Part shown: piece after piece, positions 1-10,267 of the stretch
How the letters are laid out: the number at the start of each line of letters is the position of its first letter
Position numbering within the stretch: position 1 is the stretch's first letter
Source of the DNA: Bacteroidota bacterium
GTDB taxonomy: Bacteria > Bacteroidota > Bacteroidia > Palsa-965
Direction: 5' to 3'
DNA length: 64,000 nucleotides
Assembly (NCBI GenBank): GCA_021299855.1
Contig: JAJTEY010000003.1
Coordinates: 759-64,758 of the forward strand
Position numbers and translations under genes: made by a program
The notes under the pieces: generated by a model
The model's database searches: none
What the model was told of the DNA's origin: nothing
Seen by the model: the letters and a program-made list of their open reading frames with translations, nothing else

Positions 1-473
1 TTGCCGGAGGTCGCACTGATGATGATTTGATACGTTTCATGTTAACCGCCAGTGAAATTGGCAGTTTATTTAAGAAAGGTTCTACCATTTCAGCGGCCAT
101 GGGTGGTTGTCAGGCAGAAATAGGAGTTTCTTCGGCTATGGCCGCCGCTGCTTTAACGGAAGCCAGTGGTGGAACTCCGTCACAAGCCATGCAGGCTGCG
201 GAAATTGCCATGGAACATCATCTTGGATTGACCTGCGATCCGATCGGGGGGTTGGTGCAAATTCCTTGCATAGAACGCAATACCATGGGTGCCATAAAGG
301 CAATTACAGCGTCCCAATTAGCATTACACGGCGATCCGGATTTTGCCAAAGTAACGCTGGATGCGGTAATTCGTACGATGTGGCAAACCGCCCTGGACAT
401 GAACAGCAAATACAAAGAAACTTCCGACGGTGGATTGGCTACTCATGTGCCCATTAGTCTTCCGGAATGTTAA
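1..473 (+). CDS. sdaA: L-serine ammonia-lyase (L-serine dehydratase), C-terminal part; 5' end lies outside the window
   Basis: The ORF is open from the window edge. The sequence [18 protein letters not shown]...[22 protein letters not shown] is characteristic of the iron-sulfur L-serine dehydratase alpha domain. Confidence 0.85.
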   Translation, partial: AGGRTDDDLIRFMLTASEIGSLFKKGSTISAAMGGCQAEIGVSSAMAAAALTEASGGTPSQAMQAAEIAMEHHLGLTCDPIGGLVQIPCIERNTMGAIKAITASQLALHGDPDFAKVTLDAVIRTMWQTALDMNSKYKETSDGGLATHVPISLPEC

Positions 474-551
474 TGCCTCAATTAAGGGCACTTTTTGTAT
501 TTTCGTCGGGTCAAAAATGTTGACATTTACGAACCACGATATTTATCACTT

Positions 552-1943
552 ATGAATTACGACGTTATTATTATTGGAAGCGGTCCGGGAGGATACGTTA
601 CTGCTATTCGTGCTTCTCAGCTGGGCATGAAAACTGCTATCGTTGAAAAAGCCGAATTAGGCGGTGTGTGCTTGAATTGGGGCTGTATTCCGACTAAAGC
701 ATTATTAAAAAGTGCGCAGGTTTTTGAATACCTGAAACATGCCGGTGATTACGGTATTACTGTTTCCGGAGAAACAAAAGCCGACTTCAACGCTGTGGTG
801 AAACGCAGCCGCGATGTGGCAGGTGGCATGAGCAAAGGCGTGCAATTTTTGATGAAGAAAAATAAAATTGAAGTCATTGCAGGTACCGGAAAAGTGAAGC
901 CGGGTAAAAAGGTTGAAATTACCGGTGCTGACGGAAAAGTACAGACTATTGAAGCAAAGCACATCATCATTGCAACAGGGGCTCGTTCGCGCGAACTTCC
1001 CAACTTGAAACAAGACGGTAAAAAAGTAATCGGATACCGTGAAGCAATGACCTTACCTACACAACCAAAGTCAATGGTGGTAGTTGGTTCAGGAGCAATC
1101 GGTGTGGAGTTTGCTTATTTCTATGCAACGATGGGCACTAAAGTTACCATTGTAGAATTCCTTCCGAACATTGTGCCTGTTGAAGATGAAGAAGTTTCGA
1201 AACAACTGGAAAAGTCGTTTAAGAAAATCGGTATCGACATCATGACAGAAGCTTCCGTTGAAAGTGTTGATACTTCCGGAGCAGGATGTAAAGTGAGTGT
1301 GAAGGCTAAGGACGGTGTAAAAACACTGGAAGCTGACATTGTATTATCAGCAGTTGGTATACAGGCGAATATCGAAAACATCGGATTGGAAGATGTGGGC
1401 ATTGCAACTGATAAAGGACGTATCATCGTAAACAAATGGTACGAAACCAATATCCCGGGCTACTACGCTATCGGAGATGTGTTGCCAACACAAGCATTAG
1501 CACACGTGGCTTCAGCAGAAGGAATTACGTGCGTGGAGAAAATCTCGGGAATGCACGTTGAGCCTATCGACTACAAAAACATTCCGGGATGTACGTATTG
1601 TCAGCCTGAAGTGGCGTCAGTCGGTTATACCGAAAAGGCAGCTAAAGAAGCCGGTTACGAAATCAAGGTTGGAAAATTCCCGTTCTCTGCCAGCGGTAAA
1701 GCAAAAGCAGGTGGCGCATCAGACGGATTTGTAAAATTGATTTTTGATGCGAAATACGGCGAGTTGTTGGGAGCACACATGGTTGGTGCTAACGTAACTG
1801 AAATGATTGCTGAAATTGTGGCTGCACGTAAGTTAGAAACCACAGGACACGAAATCATTAAAGCAGTCCACCCCCACCCGACCATGAGCGAGGCCGTAAT
1901 GGAAGCTGCTGCTGCTGCTTACGGTGAAGTGATTCACTTGTAA
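552..1943 (+). CDS. lpdA: dihydrolipoyl dehydrogenase (E3 component)
   Basis: FAD-binding motif DVIIIGSGPGGY, redox-active disulfide GGVCLNWGCIPTK, and C-terminal HPHPTMSE dimerisation motif. Start moved to the ATG at 552 (MNYDV...). Confidence 0.95.
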   Translation: MNYDVIIIGSGPGGYVTAIRASQLGMKTAIVEKAELGGVCLNWGCIPTKALLKSAQVFEYLKHAGDYGITVSGETKADFNAVVKRSRDVAGGMSKGVQFLMKKNKIEVIAGTGKVKPGKKVEITGADGKVQTIEAKHIIIATGARSRELPNLKQDGKKVIGYREAMTLPTQPKSMVVVGSGAIGVEFAYFYATMGTKVTIVEFLPNIVPVEDEEVSKQLEKSFKKIGIDIMTEASVESVDTSGAGCKVSVKAKDGVKTLEADIVLSAVGIQANIENIGLEDVGIATDKGRIIVNKWYETNIPGYYAIGDVLPTQALAHVASAEGITCVEKISGMHVEPIDYKNIPGCTYCQPEVASVGYTEKAAKEAGYEIKVGKFPFSASGKAKAGGASDGFVKLIFDAKYGELLGAHMVGANVTEMIAEIVAARKLETTGHEIIKAVHPHPTMSEAVMEAAAAAYGEVIHL

Positions 1944-1960
1944 ACACAATGCATAACATG

Positions 1961-1990
1961 AAAAAGGTCGGAGCTATTCCGACCTTTTTT
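1961..1990. terminator. bidirectional rho-independent terminator between convergent lpdA and the VOC gene
   Basis: Stem GGTCGGA / TCCGACC with a 5-nt loop, flanked by an A5 tract on the left and a T6 tract on the right. Confidence 0.7.
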
Positions 1991-2008
1991 GTTTTAATTA
2001 TTTCACGT

Positions 2009-2419
2009 TTACGATTGTGTCAATTGATTTGCATCAGTGAACATCACTTCCCATTGATGTCCGTTCGGGTCGGCGAAACAATCGTAATACATCCAACCGT
2101 GATCGGCGCTTTCGCGATAACGAGCACCACCATTGGCTAAGGCACGCTGCACCATTTCGTCTACAGCAGCTCGACTTTCCACTTCAATTGCAATCAGCGT
2201 TTGTGTTACGGAGTTATCCGCGATGGCGCGATTCGTAAACGTGCCGAACAACTCATGCGTAACCATCATGGAATATATTTTACCATCCTGCAATACAAGA
2301 CATAGTGCTTTATCATCGGAAAACTGCTCGTTAAATGAAAATCCTAACGCCGACCAAAATGCGCGGGTACGTGAAACATCGGAGATGGGAAGGTTGATAA
2401 AAACAGATTTGATGGACAT
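2009..2419 (-). CDS. VOC (glyoxalase/bleomycin-resistance/dioxygenase) family protein
   Basis: 136 aa. Pattern typical of small glyoxalase-fold proteins: FWSALGF...HGWMYYDCFADPNGHQWEV. Confidence 0.8.
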   Translation of the reverse strand: MSIKSVFINLPISDVSRTRAFWSALGFSFNEQFSDDKALCLVLQDGKIYSMMVTHELFGTFTNRAIADNSVTQTLIAIEVESRAAVDEMVQRALANGGARYRESADHGWMYYDCFADPNGHQWEVMFTDANQLTQS

Positions 2420-2490
2420 GGGAGATGGGAATAACGTGATGTATTATATCAATGAATAACGATATGTGCACTAGTGTCGAACTTCGTGAA

Positions 2491-2558
2491 TGAAACGGCT
2501 GTCAAGTACAGCCCACCATTTAAATGGTGGGCTGAAAATAAACAAATTCAGCCGTTCA
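2491..2558. other. nested inverted-repeat structure: a perfect 24-nt palindrome enclosed by a 10-bp outer stem
   Basis: AGCCCACCATTTAAATGGTGGGCT (2510-2533) is a perfect palindrome. TGAAACGGCTG (2491-2501) pairs with CAGCCGTTCA (2549-2558) with one bulged A. The element lies between divergent gene starts. Confidence 0.4.
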
Positions 2559-2650
2559 TCCTGATTATGTTGGTAATCTGATTCATTTCTACAATGCTTC
2601 CATCCTCGCCTCCATTCAATTTTTTGCACTACTCTTCCACCCTTTCCACG

Positions 2651-2658
2651 TATCTTTG
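2651..2658 (+). promoter_or_regulatory. putative Bacteroidota -7 promoter box (TAnnTTTG) for ribBA
   Basis: TATCTTTG lies 21 nt upstream of the ATG at 2680. A TTG is present upstream at 2624-2626, but the spacing is longer than consensus. Confidence 0.45.
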
Positions 2659-2679
2659 CAACCAAAGAAACAATACAAC

Positions 2680-3900
2680 ATGTCAACGTTTTCGCTGAAT
2701 ACAATTGAAGAGGCCATTGAAGAAATTAAGGCCGGGAAAGTGATTATTGTGGTGGATGATGAGGATCGTGAAAATGAAGGCGACTTCCTGACAGCCGCTC
2801 GTAACGTGACTCCAGAAGTCATCAACTTTATGGCCACACACGGTCGTGGATTGATTTGTGCGCCCATTATTGAAGATATGGCCGATCGTTTGGGATTGGA
2901 GCTGATGGTGAATTCCACTAACACGTCTTTGTATGAAACGCCCTTCACTGTTTCGATTGATCTGATCGGTCACGGTTGCACTACGGGAATTTCGGCACAC
3001 GATCGTGCGAAAACTATTCAGGCGTTGATCGATCCTTCCGTCAAACCGGAAGAGTTCGGTAAACCTGGACATATTTTTCCGTTACGCGCTAAAAAAGAAG
3101 GCGTATTGCGTCGTGCAGGACATACCGAAGCAGCTATTGATTTTGCACGCTTGGCAGGATTTGAACCGGTTGGTGCTATCGTCGAAATTATGAACGAGGA
3201 TGGCAGTATGGCGCGCCTGCCACAACTGATGGAAATTGCGAAGCGATTTGATATGAAAATAGTTTCCATCAAAGATTTGATCGCTTACCGTTTGCGTCAC
3301 GAGTCTAATATTCAACGCGAAGTTGAAGTGGATTTGCCCACGGCTTTCGGTGATTTTAAAATGGTAGCGTATACACATTTGCCGACACAGCAGCAGCATT
3401 TGGCGATTTATAAAGGAACTTGGACCAAAGATGAAGGTGTCTTGGTGCGTGTACATTCCTCGTGCATGACGGGAGATATTTTCGGTTCCTGTCGTTGCGA
3501 TTGCGGTCCTCAATTGCACAAGGCGATGGAACTTATCGAACAGGAAGGAAGAGGTGTCATAGTGTACATGAATCAGGAAGGGCGTGGAATCGGTTTGTTG
3601 AATAAATTACGTGCATATAAATTACAAGAGCAGGGTCGTGACACCGTAGAAGCTAACCTGGAATTGGGCTTTCAAATGGATGAACGCGATTATGGTGTCG
3701 GAGCACAAATTTTACGCGATTTACAAGCGTGTAAAATTCGTTTAATGACAAACAATCCGCGTAAGCGTGTAGGACTCATCGGTTATGGTTTGGAAATCAT
3801 AGAAAATGTGGCATTGGAGATTGCGTCCAACGAACACAATTTGCAGTATTTACAAACAAAGCGTGATAAGCTTGGACATTCCTTAAAACTGGACAAGTAA
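2680..3900 (+). CDS. ribBA: bifunctional 3,4-dihydroxy-2-butanone-4-phosphate synthase / GTP cyclohydrolase II
   Basis: N-terminal DHBP synthase motifs ([16 protein letters not shown]) and the C-terminal GTP cyclohydrolase II zinc motif (Cx[13 protein letters not shown]). Confidence 0.95.
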   Translation: MSTFSLNTIEEAIEEIKAGKVIIVVDDEDRENEGDFLTAARNVTPEVINFMATHGRGLICAPIIEDMADRLGLELMVNSTNTSLYETPFTVSIDLIGHGCTTGISAHDRAKTIQALIDPSVKPEEFGKPGHIFPLRAKKEGVLRRAGHTEAAIDFARLAGFEPVGAIVEIMNEDGSMARLPQLMEIAKRFDMKIVSIKDLIAYRLRHESNIQREVEVDLPTAFGDFKMVAYTHLPTQQQHLAIYKGTWTKDEGVLVRVHSSCMTGDIFGSCRCDCGPQLHKAMELIEQEGRGVIVYMNQEGRGIGLLNKLRAYKLQEQGRDTVEANLELGFQMDERDYGVGAQILRDLQACKIRLMTNNPRKRVGLIGYGLEIIENVALEIASNEHNLQYLQTKRDKLGHSLKLDK

Positions 3901-3903
3901 TAA

Positions 3904-6900
3904 TTACTTGGGAATAGTATCAGCAGGAGTCGGAGTCGGCTCCTGTTTTTTATTGTTCTTTTTCGGCGCCTTTCTATTTGGATTAGATGACAACAAATAG
4001 GCCTTGTAACGTGCAAATAATTCTGCTGACGAATTAAATTCTTCTTTGTACATCACCGCAACACCTTGTGTGTACGGCGCGCTGGCATTAAGCATGGTAT
4101 TATCATTAAAACGATTGAATGCACGTAATCGCACACGACCATCATCCGTAACCTTATACTCCGCGTTAAAATCTCCCACAAACTGTCCGGTACTGTTTGC
4201 AGATGTAGAATTCGGATTAAACAAACCGGCATTAACATCCACAATAAGCTTGTTGTTCAGCAATTGTGTACCCATGTACAATTTCAATTCTTGCGGCGAC
4301 AAGTCATCATTCGGGCGGTATTTTACACCCACGTTCACATCAGTTGTAATTTGCGATAACCAATTGTTCAAAGTTCCTGCAACGAAATTACTAAGCAATG
4401 TACTACTGCCTCCTTCAAAATAATTATTCTGAGCAGATCCACCATCGCGATATTCCGATGGCATCATAAAACTATTCAAAACCATAAGCGACAACACCTG
4501 ACGATTCCGTTCCAATTCCGTTTGCATATGTGCATTAACAGCTTCACGTATATTCTGATCGGCAGTTGGTAAAACAACAGAGAAACCAACATTCGGGTTC
4601 ATCAACACGCTATCCAAATGCATAATAACCTGTACCGGATAATTTCTGCTGAATGCAGGATTGGTCGTATCAAACGGGAAGAAAGGTTCCACAGATGCAT
4701 TCGTTTTGTAGATTGCATCCGCATCAATGATTGCCTGATAGGGATCGCCATTCCAGCGAATACTTCCACCTTTGGACAATTCGAACGGAACAAAAATTAC
4801 ATTCTTCATCGTAAACAGGTACTTCCCTTTATCAAGTGTATATTGACCTTTAATTGAAAAATCCCCCGACTGGCTGATATCCATTTTTAAATTTCCCGTA
4901 CCTGAAGTCTGCATTTCATCGCCCACTGTTTCGTCAAATATGACATTAACGTCTGCAGCCGGAGTGATCTCCACATTCAAATGCAATTCCAATAAGTTAC
5001 TTCTCAATTGTGATTTATTTTCTGTGGAATCGGTACTTACACTCTTATCAATAAAGCTGATAAATTCATTAGCACCGACCTCACTGGTGGATGTCATTGG
5101 CACATTAAACACCGAACGCATAGGTGTTGTGCGTACTGACTTAGTACCACCTAAAGCCGTTTTTGCGTTGATGTCAATTCGGATATCTCGATCTACAAAT
5201 CCAAAGATGTTCATGAACCCTGTTGCAAAAACGCGACCGTAATACAATTCGTTATCACTGGCTTTTGTATTCAATATCATGAAATTTTTGAATGCCAAAT
5301 CGAAGTCAAACTGAAAATTGGTAAAGTTGCTATGATACAAGTGTCCGTATACGGAAGCCGTATCTCCATATTCATCGGTAATTTTAAAGTCAGGGAAATA
5401 AATGGAATTTTCTTCCATAATAATTTCCTGCTTCACTGCGCGAATCCAAACATTCAAATAGTCAATATTCACTTTGCGCATTCCCGCCATCAACTTACCC
5501 GTAAATACAGGCTTTTTGAGCTCACCTGTCACGCGAATTTTACCATCAACATCACCAACAACCTGACTACAGAAATCCTTCAATAAAGGCTGCAACATAC
5601 CCAATTGAATGTTCGTTAACTCCACTTTAATGTCTAACTGATCCAACTCCCGCTTCGGATAATAAAATCCACTAAACTGAATATTGTGAACTGATGCCTG
5701 ACGACCGAAAAAGCCATTCAATACAATTCCCTGAGTCATCGTAGACCAGGATGATTTCACTTCCCCGTTACCAATGTGTTGTTCATTTACATATAACTGA
5801 TGAAATTTATTAAAACTATTAATTTCAATAGTGTTATATACATTACTTAAACCTGATGTTCCCGTAACTAATCCTTTTAAGGTTAATCCGTCAGCAGCAG
5901 TGAAATAGTTCAAATGAGACAAATTAAAGTTGGTCAATCCTACGTGTAGCGTATCTATTGGATTTTCGGCAATGACACCATTCAGACTAATATCTTGCTG
6001 ACCGGAAGTGACCAGCAATTGATCAAAGGAAATTGTAGTACCGTCAATCTTAAACTTATTTCGCTCATTAAACCGCCACAAAGAATCATTCAGGTATAAT
6101 TCGGTATTGCGTATTCCACCGGAAATTATCTCGCCTGAATCCAGACGCAGTAACACACCAAATTGTCCTTCATTGCGCTTACTCCCCGAATTGACGTATT
6201 GGCCAAAACTGTTGATACTATCGCTACCACAGGTTGTTTTAATGTTCAGTTTCTGAATACTGATGCTATCACCGATTCGTATTGAATTAATCTTGCCCGA
6301 AAGTTCCAGTCGATTCTGAACAGGTTGCATCACGAAGTAAAAATCGTTGAACTGAGTGCCGTTATATTCAATTCCCTGCCTCGATGCAAAATTGAAATCG
6401 ATACGTTTATTCGGTTGATTAAAATTTCCGTCTAATGTGGTTCCCGGCTTGATGTACAAATCGGGTAAAATAGATTCCAATGATTTACTGTTTCTGTTAA
6501 ATCGCACCGACCACATAAAATCAGCGGGAATTGGCTGTTTGCGTACTCCTTTTTTCGGTTGTACGGGGTGAAACGTTTCCGGCAGATATCCCGACATAAC
6601 ATCCGAGAAAGCCTGACCCAATTGCAGCAATTCAAACTTTCCGGAAATCGTCGCATCGGCGATATCGGAATTCAATACAATTCGTCGTGCACCACTGCCA
6701 TCAAATCCCATACTCAGCACAACATCATCAACGTGATAATTTTTCGATTTCTTCAAATAATTTATGTTTCTCAACAACAGTGTGCCGTCGATATCATCCA
6801 CATTACTGCCGGTAAAATTCATATCCATCACTCCTGAAAGTTTGTGCACTTCCCCCCTCTTGGCATAACCGATTTTATCTAAACGAATGGAATCAATTTT

Positions 6901-8517
6901 TGCGGTAAAGTCAACAACAGCCTGTTTTGGACGAAAATCAACAGTTCCATCATATTGCAGAACCGCAGCAGGATCACGCATTGTAAATGCTCCTGTAAAA
7001 ACATTACGCGCCAGAACAGCAGTATCAATTGTAATTGCAGAATATCGGTAGCCATCAAAAACTACACCGGTAGCCATACCGTTCGATACAGCGGCCTGCA
7101 TAGTAGATTGACGCAAACCAAAACCTGAAATATTTCCGGATGCACTCACCGCTCCCATTCCATCAATTGCGAAGTACTTACCAACATTAAATTCCATCAG
7201 CGTAACGGCTCCTTTGTATTCGTATTCTCCATCTGACTCGCGCAACAGCATAGAAACATCGTCTGCTTCAACTGTACCAATATCAGTTTGCAACGCTGCA
7301 TTGGCAATAAAATCAGTTACAAATCCTTCAAATTTCCCTTTCACCTTAAATCGTCCCAGATAACCGATATTTTCAGGAATTTCCAATGTCTTTCCTTCCT
7401 TGAACGGCGCAACGGGAATCGTCATTAAATCTTCACGACTGGAATAACCTTCAACAATTTTAAATTGCATATCCGTTGTTTCAATATCCGGTAAACCGTT
7501 AAAACGAAAATCTCCCTCTATATGCGTGTTTTTCCCGTAATCTATCACCAGATCCTCGCAACGTAGCGCAATTACACGACCGTGCGCTTCGCCGGACAGC
7601 GTCACAAATCGCTCAATTCCCATTAAATCGGGTGCGTAATAACCTAAATCTTTAAAGTGAACCTGACTGGTATCAAACCGCGCATGCATGATCACTTTAT
7701 CTTCAAATTCATCTTCAAATTCATCGAACGTTGCGTAATGAAAACCTATTCGACCTTTGATTTTAGAATTCGGAGTTACGATGCTCAGATCATTCAGTTT
7801 AATGAATGTATCCGACGCAACTACATGTGTGTTCATTCCCAATAATTCAAACCCGCATTTTTCCTTGGCTTTCAGGTCATGCATGGTGATCTGAACGGAA
7901 TCGCCTTTCGGATAAATCTCATCAAACGTGGTGTAAATATTCGTCACCCGAATATCTTCGAAATCCATTCCCCGATCGTTGTCGTCCCATCGCGTATCAA
8001 TATATGCCACCGTGCAGTTTTCAAGTCGAACTTGCCCGATATTCACATCCCAAGGCGAACCGGAATCTGTTTTTGTTGTATCGCCTGAATCAAAATAGCG
8101 GACGATAAATTTGAAATTCAAACCTCGTTCGCCTTTGTATTTCTTAAGTTTCACAACTGCATCTTGCAGGACCACATCATCAACACTCAAATGTTGTTTG
8201 CTGTAGCTAAAACCGCTCATGTCAACTTTAATTTTTCCCGCATTGAGCAGTGTGTCCTGATGTAAATCCTGAATATAAACGCCTTCCAGCACAGCGTAGG
8301 TAAAAAATTCAATATCCACGCCCTTAACGGTAATGGTCGTTTTTAATTCACCGGATAAATAATTGGCAATTTTGCCTGCTGCCCATGTTTGTCCGCCCGG
8401 AGTTCGCAGGATGAGGTAAGCCACCAGCAAAAGAAATATCAGCGTGCCGAGGGTCCAGCCCAAAACACGGAGACTCTTTTTGATAATTTTGCGACTTAAT
8501 TCGCGGATTGCCGACAT
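3904..8517 (-). CDS. tamB: translocation/assembly module protein TamB (DUF490-type giant envelope protein)
   Basis: 1537 aa. It has one N-terminal TM anchor (VLGWTLGTLIFLLLVAYLIL) and a long beta-rich body. The divergent pairing with tsaD matches my recollection of other Bacteroidota genomes. Start set at the ATG at 8517 (MSAIRELSRK). Confidence 0.85.
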   Translation of the reverse strand: MSAIRELSRKIIKKSLRVLGWTLGTLIFLLLVAYLILRTPGGQTWAAGKIANYLSGELKTTITVKGVDIEFFTYAVLEGVYIQDLHQDTLLNAGKIKVDMSGFSYSKQHLSVDDVVLQDAVVKLKKYKGERGLNFKFIVRYFDSGDTTKTDSGSPWDVNIGQVRLENCTVAYIDTRWDDNDRGMDFEDIRVTNIYTTFDEIYPKGDSVQITMHDLKAKEKCGFELLGMNTHVVASDTFIKLNDLSIVTPNSKIKGRIGFHYATFDEFEDEFEDKVIMHARFDTSQVHFKDLGYYAPDLMGIERFVTLSGEAHGRVIALRCEDLVIDYGKNTHIEGDFRFNGLPDIETTDMQFKIVEGYSSREDLMTIPVAPFKEGKTLEIPENIGYLGRFKVKGKFEGFVTDFIANAALQTDIGTVEADDVSMLLRESDGEYEYKGAVTLMEFNVGKYFAIDGMGAVSASGNISGFGLRQSTMQAAVSNGMATGVVFDGYRYSAITIDTAVLARNVFTGAFTMRDPAAVLQYDGTVDFRPKQAVVDFTAKIDSIRLDKIGYAKRGEVHKLSGVMDMNFTGSNVDDIDGTLLLRNINYLKKSKNYHVDDVVLSMGFDGSGARRIVLNSDIADATISGKFELLQLGQAFSDVMSGYLPETFHPVQPKKGVRKQPIPADFMWSVRFNRNSKSLESILPDLYIKPGTTLDGNFNQPNKRIDFNFASRQGIEYNGTQFNDFYFVMQPVQNRLELSGKINSIRIGDSISIQKLNIKTTCGSDSINSFGQYVNSGSKRNEGQFGVLLRLDSGEIISGGIRNTELYLNDSLWRFNERNKFKIDGTTISFDQLLVTSGQQDISLNGVIAENPIDTLHVGLTNFNLSHLNYFTAADGLTLKGLVTGTSGLSNVYNTIEINSFNKFHQLYVNEQHIGNGEVKSSWSTMTQGIVLNGFFGRQASVHNIQFSGFYYPKRELDQLDIKVELTNIQLGMLQPLLKDFCSQVVGDVDGKIRVTGELKKPVFTGKLMAGMRKVNIDYLNVWIRAVKQEIIMEENSIYFPDFKITDEYGDTASVYGHLYHSNFTNFQFDFDLAFKNFMILNTKASDNELYYGRVFATGFMNIFGFVDRDIRIDINAKTALGGTKSVRTTPMRSVFNVPMTSTSEVGANEFISFIDKSVSTDSTENKSQLRSNLLELHLNVEITPAADVNVIFDETVGDEMQTSGTGNLKMDISQSGDFSIKGQYTLDKGKYLFTMKNVIFVPFELSKGGSIRWNGDPYQAIIDADAIYKTNASVEPFFPFDTTNPAFSRNYPVQVIMHLDSVLMNPNVGFSVVLPTADQNIREAVNAHMQTELERNRQVLSLMVLNSFMMPSEYRDGGSAQNNYFEGGSSTLLSNFVAGTLNNWLSQITTDVNVGVKYRPNDDLSPQELKLYMGTQLLNNKLIVDVNAGLFNPNSTSANSTGQFVGDFNAEYKVTDDGRVRLRAFNRFNDNTMLNASAPYTQGVAVMYKEEFNSSAELFARYKAYLLSSNPNRKAPKKNNKKQEPTPTPADTIPK

Positions 8518-8536
8518 TCGCACAAATTTAACGATA

Positions 8537-9452
8537 ATGGCCCTGATTCTAGGGATTGAATCTTCCTGTGATGAAACTGCAGCTGCAATTGTAAAAGACG
8601 GCAAATTGCTTGCCAATATTGTGTCCGGCCAAGACGTGCACCAAAAGTGGGGTGGCGTTATTCCCGAATTAGCCTCCAGAGCGCATCAGCAGCAAATTGT
8701 ACCCGTTGTTCATGCGGCTTTGAAACAAGCAGGAGTAGATGCCCGGGAAATTGACGCCGTAGCCGTAACACGAGGACCCGGACTATTGGGCGCATTACTG
8801 GTGGGACTCACATTTTCCAAGGCATATGCGAAAGCGCTGGGAATTCCGTTGATTGAGATCAATCATATGCATGCACACATGCTTGCGCACTTATCGTTTT
8901 GAAGAAATTGGCGCTACTGTTGATGATGCAGCCGGAGAAGCATTTGATAAAACCGCCAAAATACTTGGACTGCCATACCCCGGAGGTCCGTTAATCGACA
9001 AATACGCTGAATTGGGAAATCCGAAAGCATTTAAATTTCCGGATGCGCGCGAAGATCAACTGAATTTTAGTTTTAGCGGATTAAAAACGGCCGTGTTGTA
9101 TTTCGTGCAGGCGCAACAAAAATCAAATCCGAATTTTGTGCAAGAACATTTGAATGATTTGTGTGCTTCTATTCGCCACACGATCGTTCAGTCGTTGTTG
9201 AAACGGGTTAAAGCAGCATCGCAACAAACCGGAATTAAAAATATTGCTATTGCCGGCGGAGTTTCTGCCAACAAAGGACTGCGAGCAGCACTGGCCGAAG
9301 AAGCGATAATTCAAAACTGGAAATTATATATTCCTCCTTTTGAATATTGCACGGACAATGCTGCAATGATAGCTATTAACGGATATTTCAAATATTTGAA
9401 AAAAGATTTCGCGTCATTTGATTGCGCCCCTCAACCACGCTATTCCGTATGA
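8537..9452 (+). pseudogene. tsaD: tRNA N6-adenosine threonylcarbamoyltransferase TsaD, interrupted by an internal out-of-frame deletion
   Basis: The 5' piece (8537-8902) reads ILGIESSCDETAAA...INHMHAHMLAHL and then SF-stop. The 3' piece is in a different frame and resumes at about 8892 with YRFEEIGATVDDAAGEAFDKTAKILGLPYPGGP. The segment that normally holds the SGGHT strand is absent. The 916-nt span is not divisible by 3. Confidence 0.8.
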
Positions 9453-10252
9453 GTCTGTTAAAAGGCATACGCAGCACATTTGGTCCGCTTTTTCAGGCAC
9501 CGGAAAGAGCTGATGGCAAGTTTCATCGCAAAGCAATTTCGCTTTTTATTTGGGCTGCTGTTGCGATAACGTCCATTCGGTATGTAGGTAGTTCAGATTT
9601 GGTATTGCGATTTTTTTCAGGATCAGATAGTACAATTGCTCAACACTTCCGTTTTTATTTCGGAATGGAGTCGCCTAATGCCCGCTTTTTTGAATTGTTG
9701 TGGTGGAGTTCAGTCATCATCACAGTTTATGCGGTTATTCCGTGCCTAATTATCAAGTTTGTTTGGAAGGAACAACTTCGCAATTACGGATTAAACATCA
9801 GCGGAATGCGCTATGGTTGGGGATTGTATCTGGTTTTATTTCTAATCATGATCCCGTTAGTCATTTATTTCGCAGGAACACCGGGATTTCAGGCGCGATA
9901 TCCATTTTACAAACCGGCGCCGGGAGAGGCTTTGTGGCCCTGGTTCATACTTTGGCAAATTATATATTTTATTCAGTTTGGAGCATTAGAATTTTTCTTT
10001 CGCGGATTTATCACCTTGGGCTTACATCCGAAACTGGGCATTTATGCGGTTTATGTCATGATGATCCCGTATTGCATGATACATTTCGGGAAACCATTAC
10101 CCGAAACCGTCGGAGCCATACTTGCAGGTTTAGCTTTAGGAGCATTGAGTATCAAAAGCAGATCAGTATATTGGGGTGTTGCAATACATTATGCGGTTGC
10201 GATAACCATGGATCTTGCCGCCTTATACCGATCAGGATTTTTTAATAATTAA
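9449..10252 (+). CDS. CPBP-family (CAAX-type) intramembrane protease-like membrane protein
   Basis: Polytopic membrane protein with an ExxxR-like motif (LEFFFRG) and later His motifs (CMIHFG, AIHYAVAITMD). The ATG overlaps the tsaD stop (ATGA). Confidence 0.6.
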   Translation: MSLLKGIRSTFGPLFQAPERADGKFHRKAISLFIWAAVAITSIRYVGSSDLVLRFFSGSDSTIAQHFRFYFGMESPNARFFELLWWSSVIITVYAVIPCLIIKFVWKEQLRNYGLNISGMRYGWGLYLVLFLIMIPLVIYFAGTPGFQARYPFYKPAPGEALWPWFILWQIIYFIQFGALEFFFRGFITLGLHPKLGIYAVYVMMIPYCMIHFGKPLPETVGAILAGLALGALSIKSRSVYWGVAIHYAVAITMDLAALYRSGFFNN

Positions 10253-10267
10253 TTAAAATTATATAAT

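Noticed and set aside
2420-2679. Possible FMN (RFN) riboswitch upstream of ribBA.
   Set aside because: I could not find the conserved multi-stem RFN core (for example the GGATTC...GGTGAAATTCC-type segments). The -7 box at 2651 would leave only a leader of about 15-20 nt. The palindromic structure is reported separately as unexplained.
2471-2704. 77-aa minus-strand ORF spanning the palindrome and the ribBA promoter.
   Set aside because: It has no recognisable features and overlaps the ribBA start. Its sequence is dictated by the palindrome (KWWAVL...), so it is unlikely to be coding.
8444-8616. N-terminal extensions of the tsaD ORF (from 8444) and the tamB ORF (up to 8616) that would make the two genes overlap by more than 170 nt.
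   Set aside because: The conserved N-termini begin at internal ATGs (MALILGIESSCDET at 8537; MSAIRELSRK followed by the TM anchor at 8517). The extensions are Arg-rich or low-complexity read-through of the neighbour's coding strand.
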